Assembly (NCBI GenBank): GCA_963575745.1
Contig: CAUYUJ010000130.1
Location: 62,001 to 117,811 of the forward strand
Origin: Prorocentrum cordatum
Lineage: Eukaryota
DNA: 55,811 nucleotides
Direction of reading: 5' to 3'
The translations under genes and the position numbers were made by a program. This document shows positions 1 through 13,822 of this stretch, piece after piece (position 1 is the stretch's first letter; the number at the start of each line of letters is the position of its first letter). The notes under the pieces are model-generated. The model was given only the letters and a program-made list of their open reading frames with translations, was not told the origin of the DNA and did no database searches.

Positions 1-571
1 CTCCCTGTTCGCCGCCTGCGCTCTCGGCTCGCGGCCGCGACCACAAAGTATCCCCACCAGCGGCCCGTCGGCGTTCGGTAATTCGGCTCTTGCGCGGCCC
101 GCTCGGACCTGAGTCGCCGCTGGCGCTCTCGCTTGCGGTTGCGACAAAACTATCCCCACCAGCTGGCCGTGTCTGTCGTTGCCGCCGGTTTGGCGGGACG
201 CTGCCCAGTTGGTTTGTTCAGGAGTGGTTCAACCTTCTTGGCCTGCCATGTGTGTTCGTCCCAGTTGGCCTGCAGCCTAGCACGTTGGACTGTTTATGCA
301 GCCCCGCGCTTCGCCACGATTGTGGCGCGTCGAACTCGGGCGCCTGGTGCGACAAGGTCAAATTCTTCACGCTTCGCGTATCCCCACCAGCCCATCTCAA
401 AACAACAACTCTAGCGAAGCATGCCGACAGTCGTGTTTTTCATGCGTGTTTCCGCCTGCCCCCGCATATCTCCCCTGTTCCTCCTTCCTCCCGCCTCCTT
501 GTACATCCTCCTTGTGGTGGGAGCGGGAAAAGGACGAGGCGGAGGAGGAGGGAGAGAAAACGCTCCTCGCG

Positions 572-752
572 GTTTGAGTCGTTCGGGCTTCTCGTCCTGG
601 TGTGAGTCGTTCGGGCCCGTCTTCCTGGTGTGAGTCGTTCGGGCTCTTCGTGGTGTGAGTCGTTCGGGCTCTTCGTCCTGGTGTGAGTCGTTCGGGCTTC
701 TCGTGGTGTGAGTTGTTCGGGCCCTCGTCCTGGTGTGAGTCGGTCGGGCCCC
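572..752. repeat. Minisatellite, ~25-30 bp unit (TCGTCCTGGTGTGAGTCGTTCGGGCT-like), ~6 copies
   Basis: GTGTGAGTCGTTCGGG recurs in tandem. Confidence 0.85.
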
Positions 753-949
753 TCCTCCTGCCCGTCCAGAAACGACGCCCAGGCGAGTAGAGGGTCGTCC
801 TGATGGGCTTTTCGGCGTCTTGGGTGCCTCGGGGGGGCCTCTTTGGGCCGTTTGGGATCCTCTTGGGGGCCTCCCGGGGGCCTCTTGGGGCCGTCTTGGG
901 GCCTCTTGGTGCCTCCTGGGCGCTTCTTGGGGCCATCTTGGAGGAAATC

Positions 950-1137
950 GATCAAAGAAGAGAAGAGCTTTAATTAGCGCTGCCCCCTCAGAAGGCCAAA
1001 ATGGGGCCAAAACCTTACTAAAATCAATGATTTTGGCTTGAAAGAAGAGGGGAGCTTTAATTAGCGCTGCCCCCTCAGAAGGCCAAAATGGGGCCAAAAC
1101 CATAGTAAACTCAATGATTTTGGCTTCAAAGAAGAGG
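950..1137. repeat. Tandem duplication, 87-bp unit
   Basis: GAGCTTTAATTAGCGCTGCCCCCTCAGAAGGCCAAAATGGGGCCAAAACC at 965 and 1052. Confidence 0.85.
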
Positions 1138-2003
1138 TTTTTTTTTTTCTCCCCCCCCCGTCGGGGCCAGAATCCTCGTGAGGGGTGTCGTTTTTTAGCC
1201 CTCCCAGGGGTCGAAAAAGACCCCTCCAACCACCCGCGAAAGGACCTCTCCAGGTCCAGGGGGAGGGGGTAGGGGGAGGGGTAAACCCATCCCCGAAGGG
1301 GAAGAAGGGGGTTGAGAACAGAGCGGGCTCTCTAAACCACTCACGCCCAAAGGGCTGGTGGGATTCGTTGAATGTGTGTTTCTGGACGCCCTGCGCGCGG
1401 TCGGCCGCGCGCCTTGCACGCAGATCTAGATCATGTAAACGTTGCTGGATCTGCCCTCCCATCTTTTTCCTCCGCGGCCGCCCTCTTCTCGTCCATCCAG
1501 CCGTGGCTAGGTCGCTGCCCGCGTGGCCCGCCGGCTGTCCGAACGCGTTAGGCTCGCCAGCGCCGCGAAGAGAAGTTATCAGGGCGCCCCAGTTTCGAGA
1601 CCCAACGCGAGGCGGCCCCTGATTCTGTCCGTCGGCGCTATAGTTTTCGTAAGGCGCGCGCTCGCGCCCCGACCAGCGCTTCAAGCATTTGCAGGTTAGT
1701 GGGGCCGTATGTTCAGAGTACTGTTTCCCTAATTGTTGTGGTTCGTGTTCATGCGGTATTGTCTCCAATCACCATGAGCAACTTCCCAGGTGCAGCGAAA
1801 CAGTAAGCCTTACGTTCGTGCGCGCGACGTTCTCTTGCAACCGAAAACGAGGATGGGAAAATAAGGAGCGGGAAACGTTATGCCCACGCAGAGCTTCATG
1901 CAATTGAGCAGCATCGCATTCAGGATTCATCTGCCTGACATGACTTGGAGATGAGATATAGAGGAGCAGTTCATTGTGTGTTGGGTATTGGTTTGTTTGT
2001 CTG

Positions 2004-2415
2004 TTTTTACCTAACAGCGAAGACTGATAGGTTTCTAATGGTCTCAAAAAAAAGCATCATGACTCCCCAGGGGGGTCCGGGCAGGATCCAGGGAGAATCC
2101 GCGGAAGTCGTTTTTAGCAAACAGTTACACACTTCGTGATCTTCGAGGTCCCAGAACTCCATTCCCGGGCCACATTCTGAATGCCCGGAGCCAACTGTAG
2201 GCCACTTCGTGCTCTTCGAGTTCCCAGAACTCCATTCCCGGGCCACATTTTGAATGCCCGGAGCCAACTGTAGGCCACTTCGTGCTCTTCGAGTTCCCAG
2301 AACTCCATTCCCGGGCCACATTTTGAATGCCCAGAGCCAACTGTAGGCCACTTCGTGCTCTTCGAGTTCCCAGAACTCCACTCCCTGGCCACATTTTGAA
2401 TGCCCGTAGCCAACT
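2004..2415 (+). repeat. Dispersed repeat: ~130-bp head followed by a 73-bp satellite (~3.7 units)
   Basis: Unit CCAGAACTCCATTCCCGGGCCACATTTTGAATGCCCGGAGCCAACTGTAGGCCACTTCGTGCTCTTCGAGTTC at 2151, 2224 and onward. The same head and array recur at 55387-55811. Confidence 0.9.
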
Positions 2416-3320
2416 GAGGCTGAGGCAGGCTGCTGCTGAGGCAGGCTGAGGCTGAGGCTGAGGCAGGCTGAGGCTGAGGCAGGCTGAGGCTGAGGCCGAG
2501 GCTGAAGGCAGACTGAGGCTGAGGCTGAAGCAGGCTGAGGCTGAGGCTGGGGCAGGCTGAGGCTGAGGCTGAGGCAGGCTGATGCTGAGGCAGGCTGAGG
2601 CTGAGGCTGCGGCTGATGCAGGCTGAGGCTGAGGCAGGCTGAGGCTGAGGCCGAGGCTGAAGGCAGACTGAGGCTGAGGCTGAAGCAGGCTGAGGCTGAG
2701 GCTGAGGCAGGCTGAGGCTGAAGCTGAGGCAGGCTGATGCTGAGGCTGACTGAGGCTGAGGCAGAGGCTGAGGCAGGCAGAGGCTGAGGCAGGCTGAGGC
2801 CTGAAGGCAGACTGAGGCTGAGGGCTGACAGGCTGAGGCTGGAGTCTGCGTGCAGGCGGAGGTAGAGCTGAGGCAGCTGATGCCTGAGCAGGCGAGCTGA
2901 GGGCCTGAGCTGGATCAGGGCGAGGCTGCTGAGGCAGGCGGAGGCTGAGGCCGAGGCTGAGCAGGCTAGGCTGAAGGCGAGGCAGCTGAGGCTGGAGCTG
3001 AGGGCGCCGATGCTGAGGCTGAGGCAGGCTGAGGATGAGGCAGGCTGAAGCTGAGGCCGAGGCTGAAGGCAGACTGAGGCTGAGGCTGAAGCAGGCTGAG
3101 GCTGAGGCTGAGGCAGGCTGAGGCTGAGGCTGAGGCAGGCTGATGCTGAGGCAGGCTGAGGCTGAGGCTGAGGCAGGCTCAGGCTGCGGCAGGCTGAGGC
3201 TGAGGCCGAGGCTGCAGGCAGACTGAGGCTGAGGCTGAAGCAGGCTGAGGCTGAGGCTGAGGCAGGCTGAGGCTGAGGCAGGCTGAGTCTGAGGCTGAGG
3301 CAGGCTGAGGCTGAGGCTGC
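2416..3320. repeat. Compound microsatellite (GAGGCT)n/(GAGGCAGGCT)n
   Basis: Direct reading; this tract explains the spurious 448-aa ORF. Confidence 0.95.
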
Positions 3321-4699
3321 GACTGTGACTGCCGTTGCCACTGCGACTGTCATCGCGAATGCGACTACGACTGCGAGAACAGCAGAATTCTACAACTGGA
3401 TTCTCATCTGAATCTTAAGGGGAATGCTTCCAGATATGCTCCTACACATCGCTGTTAGGTTGCTTTGCCGGGATAATTATAATATATGTATAACATGATG
3501 CGTTGTAAACTCTGTTAGCATGTAAGTTTCGGTCCGGGGAGGGTTCCGATGGGAGGGTCCTGGGGGCGTTAGCGGCTAGATTTGAGGGGGGTCCGTGGGA
3601 CCCCCCGAAACATTTTGGGGATGCGCAAATCATTAAGGAAACGCCAGATAAGGGGGACCCCCCCCCCTCCCCCCCTTCCCCCGGGGGGGGTCCGGGGAGG
3701 GTTCCAAGGGGAGAGTCTTGGGGGTGGTCCTTGGGACCCCCCGAAACATGGGTGCGCAAATCATCCAGAAAACGCCAAATGGGGACCCCCCCCCCCCTCC
3801 TCCCCCCCTTCCCTCAGGGGGGGGGTCCGGGGAGGGTTCCGAGGGGAGAGTCCTGGGGGGCGTCCCTGGTACCCCCCGGAACATCTTGGGGATGCGCAAA
3901 CAAGAAAGCAAACGCCAGATGGAGGACCCCCGCCCTCTCAGCCCCTTCCCCGGCAGAGCCACCCCGGCGACCCCCCCAAGCAGATCTGAAGCTCTTGCTT
4001 GGGCTCAGAGCTGAAGCTCTTGCTGAGGCTCCTTGTAGTTCACACGCCGGATCGGCGGATATGGTTCGTTGTCTTCCTACCCCTGGCCCTTCACCAAGTG
4101 AGAGGCGCCCCCCACTCCTTCCTCCGCCCTGCCCAACCCGCTCCCGCTCTCCCAGGCCCCTCCCTTCCCTTCACCTCCTTACTCCGCCCCGCCACGTCCC
4201 GTCAATTCCCTGCGTGGCTGGGAAGCCACTGGCACCGAGGCTGAGTTGGGGCTCAGGTCAACCTTCCAGGGTCCACCTCGATCCTGTCGATTCCACTCGA
4301 TACCGATTCAGGCCGGCTCGACTCCGACGTGCCGACGATCCGGTGTGGCCCGATGCGTGTGTGGCGTTGTCGTGCACCCTGGCGCAGCCCATCCGATTCT
4401 ATGTCGTTTCCGTGCCGATGCAGCCCGATTCGACGAACATAGATTCGTTCCCATTTCCCGATGCGATGGTGACTGATCTTGGGCTGGCTTAGGATTGAGG
4501 TCGGCCGTCTCTTCATTCCCATCCCCTTCCCATCCCATCCCATCTCATTGCGCACCATCGTGCCAAGTCCCTGCGTGTCCCGCACTGATACAGGGTTGGG
4601 AGGTCGATCTTGTGGAGAAGGATCCCAAATCTCGTCAGGCAGCGCGCTTTGCCTTTGGTCTTCTAAGCGAGCATGGGGGGTTGTTGAACAGCAGGAAGA

Positions 4700-4853
4700 A
4701 AATGATGATGATGCTGCTGCTGATGATGCTGATGCTGATGCTGATGCTGATGCTGATGCTGATGCTGATGCTGATGATGCTGATGATGCTGATGATGCTC
4801 ATGATTTGTACAAGTCTGCTGATGCCACTGTCAATGAGGATGCAACTGTCGAC

Positions 4854-4899
<46 letters not shown>

Positions 4900-5682
4900 T
4901 TGCTGCTGCTGATATTGTTGATGATGCTGCTGCTGATGATGCTGCTGCTGATGATGATGATGGGGATGTTGATGGTGATGGTGATGGTGATGATGATGGT
5001 AATGGTGATGATGATGATGGTCATGGTGATGATGATCATGTGAGCGGTGATGGCAAGTATGGTGATGATGCTGATGATGAGGAGGAGGAGGAGAAGGGTG
5101 AGGATGACGATGATGATGCTGATGCTGATGATGAAGATGCAAGCTGTGATGATGGTGATGCTCATGTTGATGATGATCATGACGATACTGATGATGATGA
5201 TGATGGTGATGATAATGCTGATGATGACAACGACGATGATGCTGATGCTGATGCTGATGCTGATGCTGGTGCTAATGATGCTGCAGATGATGCTGATGAT
5301 GAATATGATGACGATGACGATGACGATGTTGATGATGCTGATGATGATGCTGATGATGATGATGCTGATGCTGATGCTGCTGCTGATGATGCTGCTGATT
5401 ATGACGTGATGATGGTGGTGGTTGTGGCGTCTGTGGTGGTGGTGATGATGCTTATGCTGCTGATGATGATGCTGATTATGCTGCTGATGATGATTATTAT
5501 GATGGTGATGATGGTGATGATGGTGATGATGATGATGCTGCTGATAATGATGATGCTGATGCTGATGCTGATGCTGATGATGCTGATGATGCTGATGATG
5601 CTGATGATGCTGATGATGCTGATCATGTGTACAAGTCTGCTGATGCCACTGTCAGTGAGGATGCAAGTGTCGACGATGATAC

Positions 5683-5728
<46 letters not shown>

Positions 5729-6331
5729 TTGCTGCTGTTGATATTGTTGATGATGGTGATGATGAGGATGATGATGATGGGGATGCTGATGGTGATGGTG
5801 ATGATGATGGGAATGGTGATGGTGATGGTCATGGTAATGATGATCATGTGAGCGGTGATGGCAAGTATGATGATGATGCTGATGATGAGGAGGAGGAGGA
5901 GGAGGAGGAGGGTGAGGATGACGATGATGATGCTGATGCTGATGATGAAGATGCAAGCTGTGATGATGGTGATGCTGATTTTGATGAAGAGCATGACGAT
6001 ACTGATGATGATGATGGTGATGATGATGCTGATGATGACAACGACGATGATGCTGATGCTGATGCTGATGCTGGTGCTAATGATGCTGCAGATGATGCTG
6101 ATGATGATTATGATGACGATGACGATGACGATGCTGATGATGATGCTGATGATGATGCTGATGATGATGCTGATGCTGATGCTGATGCTGCTGATGATGA
6201 TGCTGATTATGACGTGATGATGGTGGTGATTGTGGCGTCTGTGTTGGTGGTGGTGGTGGTGATAATGCTTATGCTGCTGATGATGATGCTGATAATGCTG
6301 CTGATAATGATTATTATTATGGTGATGACGG

Positions 6332-6369
<38 letters not shown>

Positions 6370-6523
6370 GTGATGATGGTTATGATGATGATGCTGATGA
6401 TGATGATTATGATGATGATGATCATGATCATAATGATGATGATGATGATGATGATGACGATGACGAACATGATGATGATGATGATGCTGATGATGATGAT
6501 GATGGTGATGGTGATGGTGATGG

Positions 6524-6613
<90 letters not shown>

Positions 6614-6689
6614 AGAGGGGAAGAAGGTTGATAAGGCGGAGCAGGAGGAGCAGGAGGGAGAGGGGAAGGAGGAGGAGGAGGAAGAGGAG

Positions 6690-6721
<32 letters not shown>

Positions 6722-6800
6722 GGAGGAGGAGGAGGAGGAGGGGGATCAGGGCGAGGAGGAGGATGAGGAGGAGGAGGAGGAGGAGGAGGAGGAGCAGCAG
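4700..6800. repeat. (GAT/GCT)n low-complexity block with an internal ~820-bp duplication, followed by (GAG)n
   Basis: The anchor TGTACAAGTCTGCTGATGCCACTGTC occurs at ~4808 and ~5628; CATGTGAGCGGTGATGGCAAGTAT is also duplicated. Confidence 0.9.
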
Positions 6801-7105
6801 CCGTATGAGTTCCTCGGTCCTTCGAACATATGTCTCCCGCTGCAGCGTTGTCTACATTTCGGGATCGGTGCTTTTCTCCCGTCGTTCAGAACGGCACTCT
6901 TGCCCCAGCCCGAGCTGTATTTCTGGAGCAGGTTCCCTTTTCGTCGCTTCCGCCCTCCTCCGTTTTCCTCCTCCGCCTTCTGCTGATTCTCGTCCCGTTC
7001 CTACTCCTGCTGCTCCTGCTCCTGATGCTGCTGATCCTCCTCGTTCTTCCCCGTCGTCTCTTCTACCTCGCATCTTCTTGCTCATATGCCGCCTCCTGCT
7101 CCTCT

Positions 7106-7136
<31 letters not shown>

Positions 7137-7522
7137 CCTCCTCCTCCTCGTCCGCCACCTCCCCCAATGTACAAGATCCTTATACCTTTTTGCATCGATT
7201 GTTGGGATCGATGTCCTCTACCCCCACACGGACACACAAGAATGCGCTACAGTGGAAGAGATGGGTGGGAGGGGTCGGATGAGGGATGTGGTGCGAGCGC
7301 ACCCAGCTTGCCCAACCGCTCCTTCTGTCTTCACCTCCCCCTTCACCCTGGCCATCACTTCAGCTTCCTGCCTCGGATTGCCTTCCTCTCTCTCTGTCGC
7401 CTCGCCTCCGGCCTCCCCCCCCGCCCCTCCGCGACCCCCCTCCCCCGCCCCCGCTCCACGAGGAGGAGGAGGAGGAGGGAGGAGGAGGAGGAGGAAGAGG
7501 AGGAGGAGGAGGAGGAGGAGGA

Positions 7523-7553
<31 letters not shown>

Positions 7554-8254
7554 GAGGAGGAGGAGGAGGAGGAGGAGGAAGGAGGAAGAGGAGGGAAGGG
7601 GAGGAGGAGGAGGAGAGGGAGGGAGGAGGGGAGGAGAGGAGGGGAGAGGCAGGAAGGAGCGTCGAAAAGAGACGAGTAGGGTATCGAATGAGAGAAGCGA
7701 GGCGGAAGGGGGAGCAAATGCGATCAGCCGAAGGGGAAAGGGAAAGAGAAAGTAGGAGGGGCACCTGCGCGGAAGGCTCGACGTCGGCCTCTGTCTCTCT
7801 GGGCCTGCCGCGTCCGGCGCCCCTCGCCGGCTCGTGCGCCGACCACTCGAGGCCTACACCTTGGGCGACGCTTAAGGAAAACCTAAGTTTTCCGTCCCCG
7901 TTTTCGTCCAATAAATGAAATGGTCTCGATGATTCTTAATTTTTCAATGTAGATCCGAAGATTTTGATAGAAGTTCTGGGTTTTTATTCAAGTTCTGAGA
8001 CTATGAATTTCTTAACCCATGATTTCTTAAGCATTTCGCAGGGTGTACAGTGGGGGCGCGTGCCAAAAGCCGGGTGGATTTTGCCAGGGTGCCCTGGGCT
8101 TCTTGGATCTCGATGGGCCTCCAATGAGATCTGGGCGGTTTCCCGATCGACAGATTTGGGTTCTCACGGAACAGATCGCGGATTCCAGGGTTGGGTTTCT
8201 TGCGGAGGTTTCTTGTGACCGAGCCCCCACTGTACCCAATCGCCTTTGCTTGCC

Positions 8255-8442
8255 TTAAGTCGGGCATGTCCCTCGACAGGAGGAATATTCGAAAATAACT
8301 CAAAAATAGCCCAGGGACGATTTTTCAATTCTGTTTGACAATGTTTGTGAGCCTTTTTGGGGGGGTGCCTTGTTTTTTGGGGGGGCTATTCTTTTCCCAC
8401 TTTCGCCCAGAATCCGCCTGTAGGAAGACGTACCCGACCTAT
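8255..8442. mobile_element. MITE family A (TTAAGTCGGGC...GCCCGACTTAA termini), diverged copy
   Basis: Left end TTAAGTCGGGCATGTCCCTCGACAGG; right end CCTGTAGGAAGACGTACCCGAC. Homologous to 14910-15071. Confidence 0.7.
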
Positions 8443-8465
8443 CCTTTGCCCCGTCTAGTGCCCAG

Positions 8466-8522
8466 GTCTACCACGAGGCTGCGGTGGAGTTCGCGCAGCA
8501 GCACGGCCTGCTCTTCAAGGAG
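8466..8522 (+). CDS. Rab-family small GTPase, internal exon (VYHEAAVEFAQQHGLLFKE)
   Basis: CAG acceptor, 57 nt in phase 0, GC donor. The peptide matches the Rab helix preceding the G5 box and splices in frame to ASAVTDYNV, giving the ExSA motif. Confidence 0.8.
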
Positions 8523-9155
8523 GCCAGCTCTCGCGCATCAGTGACCGGCACATTCTGCCTTGCTCTGACCCTGCTGCCACACATCGTAGTCGCATCCGCG
8601 GTTCTCTCCTGACCACTCCGCTCTGGATGTGTGCTCCTCCTGCTCCTCCTCCTCCTCCTCCTCCTCCTCCTCCTCCTCCTCCTCCTCCAAGGCCGCGGAC
8701 GGCTCAGGCCGACGCATTCATGCGGCCTCTGCCCCCCCCCCCCCCCCCCCTCACTGCCGCGATCCGCCCAGGATCGCGCACCCCCCCACCTGGTCAGCGG
8801 TGCGGCTCTCGCCGGGCCGCCGCGGTGCTCCCGCGCGGCAGGGGGGGCAGGACGGGAGGACTGGGAGGCAGAGGACGGGCGGAGGGGACGGACTACAGCA
8901 ACGCAGGTGACCCGATGGAGGACCGGGTGACAGGATCAGAGTCAGGAGGGAAAAAAACACACAGACACAATTAATCCTCGATTCCCAGGAAAATATAAGA
9001 AAATATGGGAATTGGGGGGGAAGACAAAAACCCAGAAAATATGAGAAAATATGGGGACTATTTTTATTTGTGTGTATTTATTTGTGTGTCTTAATTTCCT
9101 TTTACAGAGGCTAGCAACATATGTACACGTACGCGGTTAGCTTCCCCTGGACTGC

Positions 9156-12100
9156 GTGTCAACGCGGACGTACGTGCAGGCAAGACCGCGGAGGGCGTAC
9201 ATGTACATATGTCGTTGCTCGCCCACAGGAACAACGGTTCCTACCGAGACGCGGTCTGGCAGTCCACAGTCCCAGATTGGGGAGCTGAGTCGGGACGAGT
9301 GGGACACGGAGTACCAGGGTGTGATGACGGGTCGGGGCCTGAGGAGCATGAAGGAGGAGCACGAGAACACGGATCGGGCCGAGGGGATCATACATGACAT
9401 GCCATCACCGTCATCACCATCATCTGCGCCGAGCGTGAGGGCCACATTTGTTGGATACAACCCATTCGCGCTTATGCGTGCGGGCAGGGCGGAAGCTATT
9501 TCTACGGAGTTTGCCAAGACCACAGCTATCCTCCTGCCAGGCACGAAGATGCGCACCCGCCTGGGACACCCACTTCTATGAGAGCACCCCGTACCATCAT
9601 TGGGTCCACTGGGGCTGGGGGGGGGGGTGGTAGTACGAACTCGTCTGCGGGGGTGGCCATTGCTATTTCCAGCCGACAGTTCAAGAAGCAACATACCGTC
9701 CGCATCAACCGCCCACCCCAGCACCTACAGGGTAGAGCAGGCAGTTTGGACATCCAGCGCGGCCCGCTCCGACTACGGCTTATAGTAGGCTACTACCCTC
9801 CGCGATCACGTTCAGCACGTGATATCCGAGTATGGCGTACCACATGTAGACAACTTACGGCCTGGATCAAAGAGGAGATCGACACAGCCCCAGGGCGGAT
9901 CACTCCCATTGTCTTCGCCGATATGAACATGCGGATGGGAAGGAAGGGGCGAGAGATAATCGTGGACAGCACCTTTGGCCCTTTCCAGGCTGAACATGAG
10001 GATGAAGTAGCCACTGTTGTAAGAAAGGCCTTTTCGGACAGCCATATGAGTTTCCCCATGCGTACTATGGCCTCAAGGGGGCACGAAGTCGGATCGATTA
10101 CTTTTTAGGACCTCGAGCTCTACTAGACACGGGAATCCAAATGCATATGTTTTGGAGGTCCCAGAAACGTCTCCAGGCCCTCCCACACATGATCGACCAC
10201 GTCCCCATGTGCCTGTGCATGTCCTTGCCCGCCCCACCCCCCCAGCAGCAGCAGCAGAACATCCAGTGGGACTGGGGGGCTCTGGCGGCGGCGTTGCAGA
10301 TGGGATATCGGAGGGAGGAGCTCATGCAACGAATGGGGCAGGTCTGGGAGGAGAGGAGGATCTTGTGTCGTGTCCTCACGACGGACGGCGAGCCGACCCG
10401 ACATGCTGGCGCGGTGGCCCACACGATCAGAGAGGTCGCTCGCGAGTTCTTTTCGGCCGAGCACTCGACCCCAGACTGGCTCCAGGAGGCGAAAGCTGAA
10501 CGACGTAGGCTGTTAGCGGAGCGTGCTACCCTCAGGGACCTCGGGTTCACGATCACGAGCGAGCCCCTTCGACGACTCGACAGAGCGATCAAGTCGCACG
10601 CTCGATGGCAGAAATTGTGGAGGAGGGAGTCTCTGGAGCAGGAGATCAAGGAGGCGTGGGAGGTGCGGGGCCAGGCTAGAGTAGGTCAACTTGTACGCCT
10701 TCGAGCTGGTACCAGGATGGGGCCCCGTAAAAGGTGCTACCTCGCCCTCCCGGTGAGCCGCCCCAACTCCGCTGACATTCGAGAGGCCCTCCAGAAACCA
10801 GGGGTGGAAGGAGGGCTCACGGCCGTCAGCGCTATCCTAGGCAAGTACATGAACCCAGATAAGATACAAGATCTGATCAATACTCCTTGGGGTGAGATAC
10901 CACCCTACGGACCCAGAGGCCTCCCCCTACCCACGAGCGAGGATTTCGAGATGGCGGCTGAGGATCTAGAATACTTGCAGAAACGATTACGACATTGCCA
11001 TCGCCGCCGTTATGCCCCGCCGTGGTCGTGGCCCGTGGAGGTCGCGAAGTTGCTCCTCTTCCCCGCCCACCTCTTCTGCCCAGGCCTCCCTCGCGAGGGC
11101 TTAGGCTTCACGTGGCGAGCACGCGACCCCGACCTCCTGGACTTCGAGGCCCAGGCAGCCCGACCCCGACACCGCCAGCTGGTGGTCGATGATGTCGAGG
11201 CGCGCGTGGGATATGATATGCTACTACAACTCCTTGCACATATCCGAGCTAGGCAGCTACTCCCACAACAGGCACGCACCAGCCACGCCATAGCAATAAG
11301 CAAGCCAGGCAAGACACCTACGGGCAACACGGTCATGGACATCACACGGTGTCTTAGACTGTTGCGCTGCTTCTGTCACTGGTGGAGGCTATTATTGCGT
11401 GCGGGCCTAGTGGATTACGGTAGCCCATATGAGCCCCCCCTGGGCGTACGGCGGAATCATTCATCGGAGGAGGGAGGGGCTCATGATCATCATTCAACTT
11501 GTCATGTGGAAATTGCGCCGCTGCAGACACTATTATCTGGTCAAATCGTATGACATGATAAACGCGCTCGGCACAGGACATCATGCACGCCTACACGACG
11601 CCCACAGGTCTCGAGGAGTGGATGAGCACTACGATGAGCTACTCACGCACCACAGGGGCACGGGCATTCTCTACTACGAGGCTAGCGATGGCGACGTGGC
11701 GATGACACCGACGACAGGAGGGAGGACGGGCGATTCGAACGAACCCGAGCTGTTCATGGAATCCTTCTACCCGATCGTCAGTGCCTGGCAGCGTGAACTC
11801 GGACAGGTTGTGGGAGATCGCCTGGCATGCAGGAGCCCTCTGTTCGACCGCTGGGATGACCTGGCGTTCGGAGGCTTCATAGACGACCTGATCAGAATTG
11901 TCATTGCGCCGAGTGGGACTGCGCGCGAGGCCCTGAGCCTCGATTATCTGGACAGTAAGATACTAGACAAGTGCTGGACTGAGGGCGGGTACGCACAGCG
12001 CGTGGACAAGCAAGATACACTAGTGCACCTAGCCACTAACAGGGACACCGAGGAGGCGGAGGAGAGAGCATCGGGGGGAACGATGGTGAACATGATACAC

Positions 12101-13822
12101 TTGGGCGGGTACATTAATATTAACAGTAGCAACAGGCGCGAGGTCAAGGCACGGATAAGAGCTGGCTCCATAGGGTGGAGTAACCTTCGGAACTACTGGG
12201 CTGCGCCTGGCCCCTGGAGGAGCAAGCGCAGCATGTTCTTGGCTAGCGTTGCAGGCCGTGTCTGGTCAGGTATGGAGGCGCATGTGCTCACCCCCCTGGA
12301 GGTGCGGGCCCTCGACACCTCTCTCGCTAAGGAGCTCAGAGCGATGATGGCAGGCGCGGCACACACGGAACACGAGGATGGCAGACACACGTCGTTGACC
12401 ACCTGGGCCGTGTTCGAAGAGTGGGGGATCCCACCCACAGGGGTTTAATGTATGATAAGGAGGTTGGAATGGTGGCAGTCTATCATGGCAAACCCCGAAC
12501 ACCACCGCCACTTCCTCAGCGCCTTCTTCGGGGGGTGCAAGTTCGAGTCAAGAGCTCGCTTGGTGGGTGCAGCTGTAGCCGGTATTACTATACTTGGAAA
12601 CGGCGAGCTGGCCCGCCAGCTTCATGAGGACTTCCCAACGATTCTTGGGCATCCGCATTTCATGGAGCTGAGGGGCGTCTGGGAGCCCAGTACGTTAGGT
12701 ACCCTGTTCGGCATCGGCTCTGAGGCCTCCGAGGTTTTCCGCAAGTGCGACTTCAGAGCCCTGCGCACGACACTCAAGGGATGCGAGTGGCCCCCCCCCC
12801 AGAGCACTTCGAGAACCAGCTCCCCACTGACGAGGTGCTGGGGGGGGGGGGGGGGCGATAGTGAAGATGAGGAGCTCGCCCCCCTGTTGCGCGGGATCTA
12901 GGGATGCCGTGCCAGATTCTCGACGAAACGCGAGCTGGTCAAGCGCCAGATCAACGCGACAACGCTCGAGGGCCACGGCGCTCCTCCCGTCCTCTCGCAG
13001 GTATGTATAGACAATAAGTGCATCAACTGCGACACTGTCTTTGCTAGTATTGATCATGCACGACGCCGCTTGTTTCGAGCATGGATGTCGGGCAGATGCA
13101 TCGCGGAGCTGACGAGACGCACACATGCCTGGACCCCCTCCGAGGTAACCGAGTGCCCATTGGGAGAATACAGCGACCAGCCTGAATGCCGCATTCATTA
13201 TTCTGAGGCGCTGGAGCTGCGAAGACACATTCGCGCGCACATTCCCCCATGTCCGTCAGGATCTTGGCTCAAAACATCTCGGCCACGACCCGCCCACAGC
13301 GCTCGAGGCCCACTCGGGCGCGAGGTGCTGCGACCGCCGGCTTGGCGACTAGAGGACGCCCCCCAAGAGCACCGCGCGGTCCAGAGGCTCGAGGCGGTGA
13401 TGATCGAGTACCGCAAGAAGGCGGAGGCAGCCTGCCCGAGCGGCGCCGAGGCGCTGCGAGAGGTGGGCTCGCCAGTGGCGAGCCTCGTGGTCGGCCTTCT
13501 AGAGAGTCTGATGGAGTGCGACATAGGTGGAAAAGCGAAGGCCGACCTCGGCAAGTACGTGGAACAAATCATACCAGTCAATGGAGAGGAGCCGCCGATA
13601 ACGAGACCCCACCTGGAGCTGGACGTGGCGGCCATCCGCATCGAGAGATGCTTCGACGCGGAGAAAGTGAAGCTCCAGGTGGCAGCGCCAGCGTGGCCCA
13701 TGCGGGGCACGGTCACGAATGCCTTCATCTCGGAGGGAGTGGCCCAGCGCCACACTGGTGTAGCCCCGCCTGGATGGCTGGAAGACGAGATGGCGTCGTG
13801 GCTAGAGGTACTAACCCAGTAG
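9156..13822 (+). mobile_element. Degenerate non-LTR retrotransposon (LINE-A): APE endonuclease, RT, C2H2-like zinc fingers and an extra C-terminal domain; lies in a Rab intron
   Basis: APE motifs FVGYNP..ILLPGT, SAGVAI, IVGYYPP, FADMN and IDHVP. RT motifs SYDMINAL, GGRTGDSNEPELF, FIDD and HLGG. Zinc-finger remnants CINCDTVF..HAR and ECRIHY..LRRHIRAH. Several frameshifts, plus in-frame stops at 12446-12448 and 12899-12901. Element termini not resolved. Confidence 0.85.

Noticed and set aside
2130..2415. CRISPR-like array (also 55510-55811 and 35396-36058)
   Set aside because: The satellite units are contiguous with no unique spacers, the spaced repeats have only 2-3 copies, there are no cas genes, and the context is eukaryotic.
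4479..7755. Long poly-Asp/Met/His/Arg ORFs
   Set aside because: These are translations of (GAT)n/(GAG)n microsatellites, open in several frames and with no domain content.
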